DNA of 22,360 nt from an uncultured virus (IMG/VR IMGVR_UViG_3300021365_000007) (lineage: Duplodnaviria; Heunggongvirae; Uroviricota; Caudoviricetes). The stretch's first letter is position 1, and the number at the start of each line of letters is the position of its first letter. The stretch lies in the IMG/VR virus record IMGVR_UViG_3300021365_000007, one strand, 5' to 3'. The position numbers and the translations under genes were made by a program. Under the pieces are notes generated by a model, which saw only the letters and a program-made list of their open reading frames with translations, was not told the origin of the DNA and did no database searches. Below, one piece after another: positions 1 to 10,492 of this stretch.

Positions 1-1
1 T

Positions 2-3000
2 GATGCTAACATGGCTGTACTTATGCCTACAAACCTTTTAACATTTGGTGGTATGCTTAGACCTATGGCAATGGGTAAAAATGCTATATGGGGAGCAGGT
101 CTTACTAAAGAAGGTGGTAAGAAAGTACTTAAAGAATCTATTGAAAACCTACCAGGCTGGGCACAGAAAGGAGCTAGGCTTGGACGTACATACGCTAAAC
201 CTACAGTTACAGGAGCAGTGTCTGAAGGATTCCAAGAAGGTTCTCAGTATGCAATATCTGAGGGTCTTGCAGATTTCACTAGGGATGAAGTAGAAGAGTT
301 AGGAAGTGTTGATGCATTCAATGCTATGACCAATGGCAGAAATTCAAAAGCTATTGGTAGAGTTCTTAAAGACGGTGTAAAGAATGTTTCTAGTCCTGAA
401 GGAAGGGAGCAAGCTATGGTAGGAGCCTTAGTTGGTTTGTTGTCTGGAGGTATAGGAGGGATAAGAGCAAACAGAGCTAAAGACGAACGCACTAAAAAAG
501 CATTAGAATACTTTAACCAATTTGATAATTCTGTAAATCTAAAAACACTTGCTCAAAGTGATGAAATAGCAAAGCGTCACTTTAGGGCCATGGAGATTGC
601 TGAACAAAGCAACGACTCCAAAGCATATGACGATGCTAAGTTTAGATTAATCAGACAGATGGCTCTTACTCATGCACAGAACGGAACGTTTGATGCATTT
701 ATAGAGAGGCTTGAAGATACTAAAGAGTTGTCAGAAGAAGAGTTTAACTCATTGTTTGGGGTAGAAACTAAAGTAAAGTCTAGAGGTGAAGGTGGTAGAT
801 TTCAGAGTGTAGATGTATCTAACAAAGAAAGAATAGATGAGCTTGTAACAAGAGCAAAAGATCTTAAGGCTACCTATGAAATGGTGGAAGAGCTTTACCC
901 ATCTGTATCCCCAAAGGGAGGATTGCTTAAGACATTTATTAGAGCAGCTCAAGGAAAAGAAAGACTAGCAGAGCTTAGACAGCAAGACGCTGATCAAAAT
1001 CTTTACAAGCATGCTATGGTTTTGGCTATGACTGAAAGCAAAGATGCTGAAGAAAGAGCTCTGAAGAATCTCAAAGAACTTCAAAAGCTAGACCCAGATC
1101 TAGTCATTGAAGAGATAACAGATATTGAATCCGAAGGGTATGATGTAGCTTTAGATAAAGAAGGGAAAGAAAAAGTAGGTGTAAGTCGTCCTGAATTTTT
1201 AGAAAAGTCATTGCAGGAATCTGTAGATAGAGCTGTTGAGAATGGTGCTTCTAGAGAACAAGCTACAAAATATGCTCAATCAGCTTTAAATTTATTGACC
1301 GATCGTAATAATGCACGTGAGGCTTACAACAACTTAGAAGCAAGCCCTGAAGCAAGAGAGATCTACAAGCAGAGAAAGAAATTAGAAGCTGAGCTAAAAG
1401 AACAAAGACGTATAGATCAAGCTGCGGACAATGCTATCAACGATAGTGAAAGCCATGCAGATCTTGTTAAGGCTGCTGAGCAGTTAGATCCTGACGTTAG
1501 TGATGAAGCTAAAAAAAGAGTACAAGATGAGATAGTCTCACGACTTAGAAAAGTCAATGAGTTTAAAAGAAAGTTTGAAGCTATGGACCCGGCCCAAGTC
1601 AAAGCTCTTAACCCTGCAGATATGGAAGCGCTTGAAAAAGAAGCGTGGGAACTTGACGTAGAGGAAATAGATAAGACAAAAAGAACTAAGCCAAAAAGAA
1701 AAGCAGCAAGTGAAAACTCTAAAACTAAAACTAAAGAAGCTGCTAACAAACGGGGGAAAAAAGAGGCACCTAAAAACAAACAAGGTAAGGGTCTAAAGAA
1801 AGATGTAAGATCTAATAGGGGTAGAGCTAAGAAAGCAGTTGATCAGACTAATACTCTTGATACAACAACAGATATATCAGGAGAACAGTATAGTGGACAG
1901 TATAACTTAGTTAAGGGACCTGACGGTAGGACTTATGTACAAGTAGACAGTAAAGGTAATCCTGTAGAAGGAGACAGACAAGCCGGTCATAGGCTTAATG
2001 GGGAACCTATTATTACTGGACGTTCAAGACTTGCAGACCCAGAAGTAAACAGCGGTACAGAAGTAACTCTTGTTGCTATAGAAAATGACTGGTGGAACAA
2101 TGAAGCCACTGAAGCAGAAAAGAATGATCCTAATACTAAACTCCCTATCTATGTAAAAGTAGGTGATGATATAATAGGTGTATTAAGAGGTACACATACT
2201 GCACTTAGAGAAGCTGTAGTTGAAGAGTGGAAGAAAGGAAACAACGAAGCGGTTGTTACTACCATAGAAGAGAAGTTAGCTAACAGGTACTTTACAGCAG
2301 GAAGTTCTCAGATGGGAGTATTTAGTGAGCCCTTCTTCTATAATCCTACAGAGTCTTTAGGACCGGATGTAGTAATTGGTGTAGTAACACAAGGGGAGAA
2401 TGGGGTATTAAGATATACTGTACCTGATGGCTCACCTGAAGTAGATCAAATAAGAAAAGACTTCCAAGACAGGTCACCAGAGAAGATGGTTCCTGGTCAA
2501 GTGTTCTACGCAATTAAAGATCCACACGGTAAGTACAGAGCAGCGGTAGCATCTACTTCAAACTTAAGTAAGTCAGATCAAGTTCACGCTCTAGAGTTAA
2601 TGAAGGAAGGGAACCTAGACGGTCTTAAAGAACTAGTAGGTACCAACTTACTTTACGCTTTAGACGGTAAGGTTTTAACTGCTAAGCAAGCAGGAGAAGA
2701 TGTACTCTACACATTTAATGCTGTTGATGAGAACGGTAACCCTGATCCTAACCTTCCCGAAGGGATGTTTATACAGGTCAACCAAGATCTAGTAAACAAA
2801 GCACTAGCAGGAGAAGTAATTAACTTAGAGGACTTAACTGATGTACAAGCATCTAAGTTGTTGATTGAATTAAACCTAGGAAAAACATCAGAGAAAGGGT
2901 TAGAAGTACAGAACGAAACCGGTATAGCTCCAGAGAATCCAGAAACTGCTGAGTACGTAGCAAAGAATCTCGCAAAGCTTTTACAGAATATTATACAAGC

Positions 3001-6000
3001 TAAGAAGTATCAGGTCTCTATGGATGGTCTTAATACTGAGGGCGGGTATGTAGACTCTCGAGGCACTAACTACCTAGCAAGAAACGGAGTATCAGGATAC
3101 GTAAGGTATCTTACTGAAGGCACACAAAATCCTGAAGGGCAAGGGTCTAAAGGTATACTAAGGTCTACTACAAAGAGTACTAATGGCTCTGTCTTTATAG
3201 ATATTGGGGCTACATTAAGTAGTGAGTTTAAAGTTAATGGTGAGGAGGTGACAGCAGCTGATACAACTACAGCAGCACCATCTAACCCTGAGAGACAAGC
3301 TCCAGGTACACCATCAGCCCCAAGACCTAGTAGTGAACAGAACCCTGCTGATTTACTTGGTGGGGATACAGGACCAGCTCTTACTCCACCTAGTGGGCCA
3401 AGTATAAATCCAGAGCCAGGACCAGGAGATACTGTAATAGAAGAAGCATCAATAGATCCAGAAACTGGGCAGCTAATAATACCTTCTGCTCAACCAACTA
3501 GTACGGTTGGAGATACTCAATTAGATGTTATAAAAAAAGCTCAAGAAGCAGGAATAAGTTTAGATCGCTTAGAAAATGTTGTATTAAAAATTATAACAAA
3601 TAATCCATCAATTGACATTGATTTAGCACATCGTACGGCTTTATTTGAAATTCAGCAAGACATTGCAAATAAAACTAGAGGTCCACTTAGATATACTCCT
3701 ACTACTCCTATTTATAGTAAACTTAATAAGTCTCAAGCTGAGAAGTGGTTGAAGGACAGAGGTATCCCAGTATCGTTTTACGATCAAGCAGTTCGTATTG
3801 GGAATGGTACAGTGCACGGATATATGGTTGATGCGGGTGTAAAACTATGGACACAAGGTGAGGTAGGTACTGAGTACCACGAGTCATTTCACTATATATT
3901 TAGAACATTACTTAATGATAAGCAACGTAAAGCTTTATATGCAGAAGCTAAGAAGAAGTTTGATATTACTAAAGAAGAGCTTGCACAGTTAAAGAAACTT
4001 AACCCTAAGATTTCCAAGCAAGAACTTATGGAACTTGCTTTGGAGGAGCGTATGTCAGAAGAGTTTAGAGACTATGTTATGACTATGGAGGAGACAGCAA
4101 AGACTCTACCTGGAAAGATTCGTAAGTTCTTCAAAGACCTATACAACTTTATCAAAGCAGTGTTTGTAAATCCTGTAGAGATGAAGCAGCTGTACTCTTT
4201 AATTGAGTCTAACCGTATCCCCAAAAGATATCTTAGAAACACTGAGAAGTTTGCAGGCAAAGCAACAGCCTATGCATACAACGAAGATGTTGTAGATGTA
4301 GGATTTCATAATGAACTACAAAATACTTTAACAACACAGTTCTTAGTAAGCTATCTCAATCTCACTGATGGGGGTACACGAGATCTTACTGCTGAAGAGA
4401 CTAGAAAACTAATAGGGGATAAAAACAATAGAGGCCAGGTAGCTGAATTCTTTTTGAAGAACTCTTTTAGAAACAGAAGCGACAAGAAAAGATTAAGCAT
4501 AGAGGACTTATCTAAGGTGAGAAATAGGATCAATGCGGGACAACCTGTTGGTGAATTATTTGTTGAGTTAGGAATGGAGCAAGGTATACCAATGGATACA
4601 GGTTTACCTCAGTCTCTCATTAACGATCCTAACATGCATGGTCATACTGCTCAATGGTTTAGAATAGTATATCAAGGATGGTCAGACATAAGATCTAAGG
4701 ATAACTTAGAGAATACACTTAAGTTTGGATGGCAGAGCATCATGCTTCAAGGACTAGAGAAGTATGGTCTTAGTATCAAAGGAAACCAAAAAGGTATTGA
4801 GAATGATGCAAGAGATGAGGCTAATGATGAACAAGATCAATTTGATAAAATATATGCTTTGGGTGCTTTAGAGTACAACCCCATGGATAGGGCTTCAAAA
4901 GAAGTACGAAGACTTCTTGCAAATATCAAATCCGATAAACCAAACTCATTGGGCATGACTACCTATGTTAACATAGATGATCTTGTTCGACTTATTGTAC
5001 CAGCTACTGCAAATAAAAGCAGTTTAAACAGTATGATAGATGCTTTAAAAGTTAAGTCTAAGAACTTCCCACAGCTTAACCCTGTTATAGAAGCTCTTAA
5101 CAATGACTTCAGTAAGCAGCAGCTAGGAGCATTCTTTACAGTGTTTAGTAACAACTACACTACTCTAAAACTTATTGAGGAGTCATATGAAGATAACAAG
5201 AAGCTTACAAGGTTTATTAACTCTAACCGTAAAAGTGCAAGTAACAATGCTTTAGATGGTTGGACTCAAGGTGGTATAGAAAAGCAAGTACCTAAGCCTA
5301 ATGCTATCTTCAAAGATGTAAATGGTAAGCTTCAGGTAAACGAAGAGTTTGACGGACAGGACAGAGGAGCACTTGTAGCTCAAGCATATGGGCAGATGCA
5401 AGACAGAGGTAACTCTACTGAGGACAGAGTAAGAGGTTTAGCTCGTGTATTACACTACATGGGACTTAATCTTGGAGAAACTGTAGAAGAGTCTGTGACT
5501 AGACTAGGTAATTATCTCCAAGCTCAGAGTGAACTTGATGAGGTAAACGACGTACTATCTACACTCAACAACCTAATAGAAGAAAAAATAAGACCTTCTT
5601 ATATTGTAGGGGCAGCCTTTGAACTTAACATTGACAAGTCAACTAAAGCTCTCATACCGGGCCCTGTCAAAGCAAAGAAGAACCCTGTTAACTTCTTCGT
5701 TCAGCAAAGCAAGAGAATTAAAGAGATAGCAGATATCAAATCAAACTTTGAGTCACCACTAGCTATGTCTATAGTTGATGGAGCAGGTAAAGTTAAATAC
5801 CCATATAACCTCCCTACACCTTTGGATGCAGTTCTTAAAGAGATGCAAGGACTAGAACCAACAGATCCTAGATCATTAGATCTTGTAAAGATGATGGCTA
5901 GCGATGAATTCTTCAATGCTTTAGGTGTAGCACGATACCAATCATTGTTAAAGCGTTTGATTGACAGTGGTTCTTTTGAGATAGAATCATTCACTATGGA

Positions 6001-9000
6001 TGTGCTTAAGCAGGAGGACGAAGAAACTAGCAATATAGATTATAAAAATGCTAGTGCAAGAGACTCTCTTATTATGAGACTTGAAGCCTACGCAAATAAC
6101 GGCAATGACTTTGCATACTACGCACTCCCAACACAGGAGACTAGAGGACGTATGGACTTTATCAAGTTACCTAGGTTTACTAGTAAGAAAGAGATGATTA
6201 AAGCTGGTCTAGGAGATGTATCAGGAGCGGAAGCAATCATTAGAGGTCTTATTATACAAGACCTAATTAGAATTAATAACGACGAAAACATCATTAATAG
6301 TGATGAGTCCGGGGGAGAAAGCTTAATACAAGATTACCATACAGGTAGACAGAGATATAAAGACTTCCAGCTTTCTGGAATGAGTAATACAGTAGTAGCT
6401 GGGACAGGATTAAATCTTAGTACACTAGCTCCTGTGGTATTAGAAATGGAAGGAAGAGCTACTTCATCCAAAGAGTCTGTTTTATTTTACAATGCTGTCG
6501 ATAAGATGGTAAGAAATTACTTAGATACCCATATCTCAAGAGAGGTAAAGGAACTTAAAGCTAAGATAGATGACTACAATTTAGATCAAGAAGGAGCTTC
6601 TAGACTACCACTTCAAGCTATCAACAGACTAGGGGGTAAGGATAAGTTCCTACAGACCTTTGTTATAAATGATATTACAGCTAGACTAGAAATGGCTAAG
6701 CTGTTCCGTGGTGGTATATCTATGAGTAAAAACGTTACAGACTTCTACAAACGTATGGGTCTAATCAATACTCCAGGTAGTGTGTTTATGCTTAAAGGAG
6801 ATGTTGAGTCTGCACCAGACTATGGTATGTTTGAAGAGTACAACGAAGGTGTAATAGATGAGGTTAGAATACTTGACGAAGTACACAACGAAATTGCTGA
6901 AGACTACTACGATACTCTCGTAGAGCAAGGAGTACCTGCAGCAGAAGCAAGAGAAATTACAGATAAGTACCGTACTGAAATGGCTGATGCTACAGATGCA
7001 CAGGCATTTATCATCCCAAGTTTTTGGAGAGCTCTTAGAGAGGGTGAAGGACAGTTTAGTGTAGAAGATGAGCAGTGGTACGATAACTTTGAGAAAGGGG
7101 GTAAGTGGGCTGCTAAGTACTCAGCTCCAGAAAAACTGTATGCAGAATCTCAACAGCTTATCGAGTTCAACACATCAGAAGGAGTGGTAAAAAAGTATGT
7201 TGCCGACATGGCAAAGAACTCATACGTTCTACTAACACCTGAGTTTGTAAAAGGTAAGCCTGTATTACAACAACTGTACAACAAAATGATTGAAGACAGC
7301 ATTCATGTTGTCAATACAGTATCTGCTAAGAAAGGGGAGAAGCGCAATGTAATGAGGTTTGATCCTACAGTTGAAACAAACATCTTTAATAAGTTGCAGA
7401 CTACTAAGAGAAAAGGATCAAGACTCTTTAAGCCTCAGACTATAAATGACAAAGCAACAGATCTAGTTAGATTGAATAGGCAGATTCGTAAGAACATGCT
7501 CAACAATGTATTCCGTGACCAAGACTACATACTTAACAGAGGTCTGAGTAATGAAGAGACTGTCAATGGACAGGACATGCTTGATGAATACCACAACTCT
7601 TTCCAAGAGATTATGAACATTCAAATGGCTGACCTTAAGAATGAGTTAGGATTCGCAAAGCTTCAAGAGGCTAACGCATCTAATGATGCTAAAGCTATAG
7701 ATGCAGCTAGAACCAATATCTTTAAAAAACTTCGTAATCTATTCTTAGAAGAAAACTTAAAGCGTGACAGACTAACTGATAACATGGAGAAGCAACTGCA
7801 GCTTGTGTATGACAATGGTGTCGTAGACTTTGCAGTACCACTTGCATTCCCTGCATATCAAGATCAATACCAAGGACTATTCTTCTCAGTGTTTAAGAAC
7901 CGTGTACTTAAGACCATGATGAATGGTAAAGAAGTAGTACAGGTAGCATCTGTTGGGGGCATGATTGAAAATGAGAATGGGGAAGCTAGAGAACTTAGAT
8001 ACTTGTCTGTAGAAACAGATAAAAGCGGTAAGCGTATAGTACATGCTGAGGTTATGGTTAACCCTTCTATAGCTAAGAAGTTTGGGTTGAAGCCTGGAGA
8101 TGACTTATCTCAAGTTCCAGAAGAATTACTTAGAGCTGTTGGATATCGTATACCACATCAGGATAAGTCATCAACACTTATTATGAAAGTTGTTGGGCTC
8201 CTACCAAAGTCATACAACAAATCAATAGTTGTACCGGGTAACATCACAGTGATGATGGGTTCTGACTTTGACGTGGACAAGATGTTTGTTATGTTCCCAG
8301 AGTTTGCTAAGGCTTCACCTTTGACCAACGATTACGCAAAGGTAACGTTAGACAACTATGAGTCACTACGTGGAGAACCTGGACAGAACCTACGTAAAGC
8401 AGCATTGCAGAATAGAATGCTTGACATCATGGAGGCTATATCTTCTTCACCACTGCACTTTAAAGAAAGCATTACACCACTCGATCCTAGCACACTAAGA
8501 AGTATTATTGCTGAGGTAAATGACATTGTAGCTTTAGATGCAGAAAGAAGACCATTTGACTCTCCACTTAAGGAGATTGAGATGGAGGAGAACTATAAGT
8601 TCTCACAAAAACTTGTAGGTATATACGCTAATCAGCTTGCAGGTATGGCAGTTGCATCTGCTGGTAACAACGGAACAGGCGTACAAGTTCCATTCTCTAA
8701 ACAGTTTACTGTAAATGGGGAGATATTAAGTAAAATACAAGGGAGACCTGAGACATTTAAGATACTTGTTGAACACTTGTCAGCAGCTCTTGATGCCGCG
8801 AAAGAAATTATGCAGCCTCAGCTTAATGACAACGTTAATACTGTAGGTAGTAAGGCTTACTTATATGGTATAGGTATGGATCCTAAGCTTGTAACCATGT
8901 TACATAGAACACCTATGGTTATGGACTTTGTTAAGCTAGTTAACATTGACGGCTTGAGTCCTAACAAAGCATTTGAAAGGTTGGGTATTTTATCAGGTAT

Positions 9001-10492
9001 ACAAAGATTAATTAAAACCAATCCTGAAGGCACACCTAAAATAGCACTGTCCACTCCTATGACAGAAGCAAGTTTAAGAGCAGGTATGGGCGCTCAACCA
9101 AAAGAGAATGGTGCATATTCAGGAAAAGACTTAGCACTGTTAAAGAACTTTGTAATTAGTTACTATGCAGGTAAAGACCTACAAGACTTCTTCTCAGCTA
9201 TTACTCCTGATGTATTAGATGGTATCAGTGATTTAGGTAAGTTACAAGAACTCACAGAGACCATAGAAAAGTTTGACAAAGACGACAACATGTTTGGGTC
9301 TGCTTCAGTACAGCAATTCTTAACAGGAGATCAATATGGATTGTCTAAGACATTCTTTGAGACCTTCAGAGAAATGCTTACTTTGTCATCAGATATATTC
9401 CTAGGGGCTACACCTGGAGTTAAGAACTTTAAAGAGCAGTTTAAACTGTTAACAGGTAAAGAGTCTTTCTCTGCAGATGAACACCGAGCTATGGACAGAG
9501 CATTGTTCTATTGGATGATAACTCAACCAGGCTCACCGCTCAACTCTATGGTTGCACAGCAAGAAGGTAAGGAAGACCCCTCTCTATTTATGACTTCTTC
9601 AACTACTAACATAGTGACAGAGTTAGACAAGATGAGACAAGCTCACCCAGAAGAAGTGGGTAAGAATCCATTTGTTATGAAACTTGTAGCATCTACTACA
9701 AACGAATCCCCAAACAACAGGGTATTTAATATTCAGTTTGAAAGTTTGGATAAGATGACTTCAGATCTTACAAATGATTTAACCCGTGGGTTTAATGAGT
9801 TACTAAAAAGTAGTACTCCTGCAGTACGTAACTTTGGTTTAAGACTTATAAGACACCAACTCATGAGCACTGGATTTACTCCAGGGTACGGTTCATACTA
9901 CAACATGATACCAGTTGATTTCTTCACACAAACAATGGAAGGACAAACTCAGAGTGCAGCTGAATTTGCTAGAGCAGCTATAAGAGAAGCACAACAAGAT
10001 CCTGGGTACTTCAATGCAGCTACACTTGAAATTGCAAGAGCTATGGGAACTAGACGGACGCAGAACAAGCAGATGATTCCTATCAATAACGCTCAAGCTC
10101 AAACTGTAACAGACCCAGAGGGTAGACCATTAGACGGTGTTATAGAATTTAAAACTAAAGCAGATATGCCGGCTATCATAGCTAGACGTTATGCTCAAAA
10201 AAATGTGGACAAGATAGAACTGTTTGTAAAAGAACAAGGGAATAGATACCGCAGATTAAATCAATCGGGTATCAATGGGCAGTTCAATGAAATTAACACA
10301 GGAAAAAATTCTTACGTATCTTTAGGACCTAAATCAACACAGAAGAGAAAGGGTACTAAAAATGTAGGTAACCTAAGTGGATTCGTAGCAGCATATAAAC
10401 TAGCTGTTGAAACTGCAGGTAAAGCCAGAGCCCTTGACATCATATCTGAAGATCAGAATGAGCAGCGTGTAATAGAAAGAACTTGTAAATAA
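2..10492 (+). CDS. Giant virion-associated polyprotein containing a crAss-like two-barrel (double-psi beta-barrel) RNA polymerase and a zincin-like domain; 5' end probably lies outside the window
   Basis: The frame is open upstream of ATG 11 (GAT GCT AAC ATG). Catalytic GSDFDVDK at 8258-8281 is preceded by GYRIPHQ at 8141-8161. Other motifs typical of this RNAP family: DFYKR (6740), TDAQ (6992), SAKK (7322), LVGIYAN (8612), DAAKE (8792). HESFH at 3878-3892. Architecture resembles phi14:2 gp66 and crAss-like virion RNAPs. Confidence 0.92.
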   Translation, partial: DANMAVLMPTNLLTFGGMLRPMAMGKNAIWGAGLTKEGGKKVLKESIENLPGWAQKGARLGRTYAKPTVTGAVSEGFQEGSQYAISEGLADFTRDEVEELGSVDAFNAMTNGRNSKAIGRVLKDGVKNVSSPEGREQAMVGALVGLLSGGIGGIRANRAKDERTKKALEYFNQFDNSVNLKTLAQSDEIAKRHFRAMEIAEQSNDSKAYDDAKFRLIRQMALTHAQNGTFDAFIERLEDTKELSEEEFNSLFGVETKVKSRGEGGRFQSVDVSNKERIDELVTRAKDLKATYEMVEELYPSVSPKGGLLKTFIRAAQGKERLAELRQQDADQNLYKHAMVLAMTESKDAEERALKNLKELQKLDPDLVIEEITDIESEGYDVALDKEGKEKVGVSRPEFLEKSLQESVDRAVENGASREQATKYAQSALNLLTDRNNAREAYNNLEASPEAREIYKQRKKLEAELKEQRRIDQAADNAINDSESHADLVKAAEQLDPDVSDEAKKRVQDEIVSRLRKVNEFKRKFEAMDPAQVKALNPADMEALEKEAWELDVEEIDKTKRTKPKRKAASENSKTKTKEAANKRGKKEAPKNKQGKGLKKDVRSNRGRAKKAVDQTNTLDTTTDISGEQYSGQYNLVKGPDGRTYVQVDSKGNPVEGDRQAGHRLNGEPIITGRSRLADPEVNSGTEVTLVAIENDWWNNEATEAEKNDPNTKLPIYVKVGDDIIGVLRGTHTALREAVVEEWKKGNNEAVVTTIEEKLANRYFTAGSSQMGVFSEPFFYNPTESLGPDVVIGVVTQGENGVLRYTVPDGSPEVDQIRKDFQDRSPEKMVPGQVFYAIKDPHGKYRAAVASTSNLSKSDQVHALELMKEGNLDGLKELVGTNLLYALDGKVLTAKQAGEDVLYTFNAVDENGNPDPNLPEGMFIQVNQDLVNKALAGEVINLEDLTDVQASKLLIELNLGKTSEKGLEVQNETGIAPENPETAEYVAKNLAKLLQNIIQAKKYQVSMDGLNTEGGYVDSRGTNYLARNGVSGYVRYLTEGTQNPEGQGSKGILRSTTKSTNGSVFIDIGATLSSEFKVNGEEVTAADTTTAAPSNPERQAPGTPSAPRPSSEQNPADLLGGDTGPALTPPSGPSINPEPGPGDTVIEEASIDPETGQLIIPSAQPTSTVGDTQLDVIKKAQEAGISLDRLENVVLKIITNNPSIDIDLAHRTALFEIQQDIANKTRGPLRYTPTTPIYSKLNKSQAEKWLKDRGIPVSFYDQAVRIGNGTVHGYMVDAGVKLWTQGEVGTEYHESFHYIFRTLLNDKQRKALYAEAKKKFDITKEELAQLKKLNPKISKQELMELALEERMSEEFRDYVMTMEETAKTLPGKIRKFFKDLYNFIKAVFVNPVEMKQLYSLIESNRIPKRYLRNTEKFAGKATAYAYNEDVVDVGFHNELQNTLTTQFLVSYLNLTDGGTRDLTAEETRKLIGDKNNRGQVAEFFLKNSFRNRSDKKRLSIEDLSKVRNRINAGQPVGELFVELGMEQGIPMDTGLPQSLINDPNMHGHTAQWFRIVYQGWSDIRSKDNLENTLKFGWQSIMLQGLEKYGLSIKGNQKGIENDARDEANDEQDQFDKIYALGALEYNPMDRASKEVRRLLANIKSDKPNSLGMTTYVNIDDLVRLIVPATANKSSLNSMIDALKVKSKNFPQLNPVIEALNNDFSKQQLGAFFTVFSNNYTTLKLIEESYEDNKKLTRFINSNRKSASNNALDGWTQGGIEKQVPKPNAIFKDVNGKLQVNEEFDGQDRGALVAQAYGQMQDRGNSTEDRVRGLARVLHYMGLNLGETVEESVTRLGNYLQAQSELDEVNDVLSTLNNLIEEKIRPSYIVGAAFELNIDKSTKALIPGPVKAKKNPVNFFVQQSKRIKEIADIKSNFESPLAMSIVDGAGKVKYPYNLPTPLDAVLKEMQGLEPTDPRSLDLVKMMASDEFFNALGVARYQSLLKRLIDSGSFEIESFTMDVLKQEDEETSNIDYKNASARDSLIMRLEAYANNGNDFAYYALPTQETRGRMDFIKLPRFTSKKEMIKAGLGDVSGAEAIIRGLIIQDLIRINNDENIINSDESGGESLIQDYHTGRQRYKDFQLSGMSNTVVAGTGLNLSTLAPVVLEMEGRATSSKESVLFYNAVDKMVRNYLDTHISREVKELKAKIDDYNLDQEGASRLPLQAINRLGGKDKFLQTFVINDITARLEMAKLFRGGISMSKNVTDFYKRMGLINTPGSVFMLKGDVESAPDYGMFEEYNEGVIDEVRILDEVHNEIAEDYYDTLVEQGVPAAEAREITDKYRTEMADATDAQAFIIPSFWRALREGEGQFSVEDEQWYDNFEKGGKWAAKYSAPEKLYAESQQLIEFNTSEGVVKKYVADMAKNSYVLLTPEFVKGKPVLQQLYNKMIEDSIHVVNTVSAKKGEKRNVMRFDPTVETNIFNKLQTTKRKGSRLFKPQTINDKATDLVRLNRQIRKNMLNNVFRDQDYILNRGLSNEETVNGQDMLDEYHNSFQEIMNIQMADLKNELGFAKLQEANASNDAKAIDAARTNIFKKLRNLFLEENLKRDRLTDNMEKQLQLVYDNGVVDFAVPLAFPAYQDQYQGLFFSVFKNRVLKTMMNGKEVVQVASVGGMIENENGEARELRYLSVETDKSGKRIVHAEVMVNPSIAKKFGLKPGDDLSQVPEELLRAVGYRIPHQDKSSTLIMKVVGLLPKSYNKSIVVPGNITVMMGSDFDVDKMFVMFPEFAKASPLTNDYAKVTLDNYESLRGEPGQNLRKAALQNRMLDIMEAISSSPLHFKESITPLDPSTLRSIIAEVNDIVALDAERRPFDSPLKEIEMEENYKFSQKLVGIYANQLAGMAVASAGNNGTGVQVPFSKQFTVNGEILSKIQGRPETFKILVEHLSAALDAAKEIMQPQLNDNVNTVGSKAYLYGIGMDPKLVTMLHRTPMVMDFVKLVNIDGLSPNKAFERLGILSGIQRLIKTNPEGTPKIALSTPMTEASLRAGMGAQPKENGAYSGKDLALLKNFVISYYAGKDLQDFFSAITPDVLDGISDLGKLQELTETIEKFDKDDNMFGSASVQQFLTGDQYGLSKTFFETFREMLTLSSDIFLGATPGVKNFKEQFKLLTGKESFSADEHRAMDRALFYWMITQPGSPLNSMVAQQEGKEDPSLFMTSSTTNIVTELDKMRQAHPEEVGKNPFVMKLVASTTNESPNNRVFNIQFESLDKMTSDLTNDLTRGFNELLKSSTPAVRNFGLRLIRHQLMSTGFTPGYGSYYNMIPVDFFTQTMEGQTQSAAEFARAAIREAQQDPGYFNAATLEIARAMGTRRTQNKQMIPINNAQAQTVTDPEGRPLDGVIEFKTKADMPAIIARRYAQKNVDKIELFVKEQGNRYRRLNQSGINGQFNEINTGKNSYVSLGPKSTQKRKGTKNVGNLSGFVAAYKLAVETAGKARALDIISEDQNEQRVIERTCK
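3800..4170 (+). other. Zincin-like metallopeptidase domain inside the RNAP polyprotein
   Basis: GTEYHESFHYIF (HExxH at 3878-3892), a downstream LEERMSEEF helix supplying a candidate third Glu ligand (about 4040-4066), and an amphipathic 'IRKFFKDLYNFIK' helix. Boundaries are approximate. Confidence 0.75.
8141..8281 (+). other. RNA polymerase catalytic region (R-x-P...DxDxD metal-binding loop)
   Basis: GYRIPHQDKSS, then about 28 aa, then GSDFDVDKMF. DFDVD is encoded at 8264-8278 (aa 2752-2756 of the listed ORF). It matches the DFDID loop of phi14:2 gp66. Confidence 0.93.
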
